16,624 nucleotides of DNA from Bdellovibrionota bacterium (lineage in GTDB: Bacteria; Bdellovibrionota_C; UBA2361; JBIKWN01). How positions within the stretch are numbered: the stretch's first letter is position 1; each line of letters opens with the position of its first letter. The notes below the pieces were generated by a model. That model was not told where the DNA came from, did not search any database, and was given only the letters and a program-made list of their open reading frames with translations. This document shows, in pieces, positions 15,828 to 16,624 of this stretch. The translations under genes were made by a program, and so were the position numbers. The stretch covers positions 1 through 16,624 of the forward strand of contig JBIKWN010000126.1 in the NCBI GenBank assembly GCA_044356295.1, read 5' to 3'.

Positions 15828-16028
15828 TGAAATTCTGATTTGTCTTTGATAATGTCGTACTTAATAAGCGTAGCTACATATTTATCTACTGCGTCTAAAT
15901 ATGCAATCCAGTCAGTTTTGAGATCTTCTGGTATATTTCTACAGGGGATGATGGATTTGAAAGCATACTCTACCTGCGGCATGGCATTTTCTTAGATTAT
16001 TTAGCCAGTATTCAACATTATCTAACAT
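15824..16028 (-). pseudogene. Frameshifted small gene (or a 52-aa ORF at 15824..15982)
   Basis: MLDNVEYWLNNLRKCHAA/(shift)/VEYAFKSIIP..KSEFQ*; start and stop overlap both neighbours. Confidence 0.45.
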
Positions 16029-16486
16029 ATTGACACCTTTTTAGTAATTGTATAATCAGGATCTACTAAGTTAATTAACCAGCGCACTCTAAAGCTACAG
16101 TTCCAACGATCTGATATGTAGGATAATTGGTCCTTTATTGTCTCATCATCACTGTCTTCATCTGTATTATATCCATAAGTCTCAAAGCCTGATCTATAGT
16201 CAGGCTCTACAGCTAAACAGTTAAGTTCATAGTAGCGCTTTAACCAGGCTAGAAATGGTTGAAGTCTATGCTTAATTTCAGTAACGCTTAGGTTGTCTAA
16301 TACAGTAGAATCTGCAAAAGAATTCATTAAGGTACAGAAATCTCTATGCTTCTTACATCCATAGCGCTGGTATCTGTTGCGTCTCTTATACCTTCTTGAA
16401 AGCTGATTGTATTTATCTGTTCTGTTCTTTCTTCTTGTAATACGTCGTCTATAAAAGTATGTGAACCAAGGATCAAGACAAGACAT
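16022..16486 (-). CDS. Hypothetical protein with a very basic N-terminus
   Basis: 154 aa ORF; Arg-rich N-terminus and acidic patch DEDSDDE. Confidence 0.7.
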   Translation of the reverse strand: MSCLDPWFTYFYRRRITRRKNRTDKYNQLSRRYKRRNRYQRYGCKKHRDFCTLMNSFADSTVLDNLSVTEIKHRLQPFLAWLKRYYELNCLAVEPDYRSGFETYGYNTDEDSDDETIKDQLSYISDRWNCSFRVRWLINLVDPDYTITKKVSIC

Positions 16487-16498
16487 GTTCTTTATTCT

Positions 16499-16624
16499 CT
16501 ACAATAAGGGCAATTTAAGATTACTTATATACATCCAATGTGTAGGATTATGTAATAATTCTCCATGATTACCAGTAACACTATTATCTTTATCAGGCAC
16601 ATTAATGAGATAAGATACGGTGTT
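16499..16624 (-). CDS. 3' end of a DUF551-like protein (runs off the right edge)
   Basis: ..NHGELLHNPTHWMYISNLKLPLL*; PTHWM motif. Confidence 0.65.
   Translation of the reverse strand, partial: NTVSYLINVPDKDNSVTGNHGELLHNPTHWMYISNLKLPLL

Noticed and set aside
1..16624. Stop-codon reassignment (TAG or TGA read as sense)
   Set aside because: Long genes are uninterrupted in code 11, TAG and TGA end many tightly coupled genes, and the broken genes also carry TAA stops or frameshifts.

Overview
AT-rich window of tightly packed, mostly small genes, all credible ones on the minus strand with ATGA/TAATG-type overlaps. It looks like the accessory region of a large (possibly jumbo) phage or prophage; no structural, replication, tRNA or CRISPR genes are visible. 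Recognisable products: a radical SAM enzyme (CNMPCAYC) directly downstream of an 'ETNSSSTHS'-motif protein, a degenerate xylose-isomerase/AP-endonuclease-2-like TIM barrel, an orphan Panacea (DUF4065/SocA-like) antitoxin, an S24/S26-like peptidase domain, two DUF551-like proteins and zinc-binding proteins. Less obvious structure: (i) five diverged paralogs at 1-4851, interleaved with two catalytically degenerate ABC/AAA-ATPase fragments, with a possible third fragment at 9714; (ii) a tandem pair of structured non-coding elements at about 2228-2500 showing covariation and ending in terminators; (iii) a second four-member paralog family at 7449-9694 and a paralog pair at 11807/12387; (iv) several apparent intergenic gaps that are frameshifted or stop-interrupted genes. 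All family assignments come from motif recognition by eye, not database searches.
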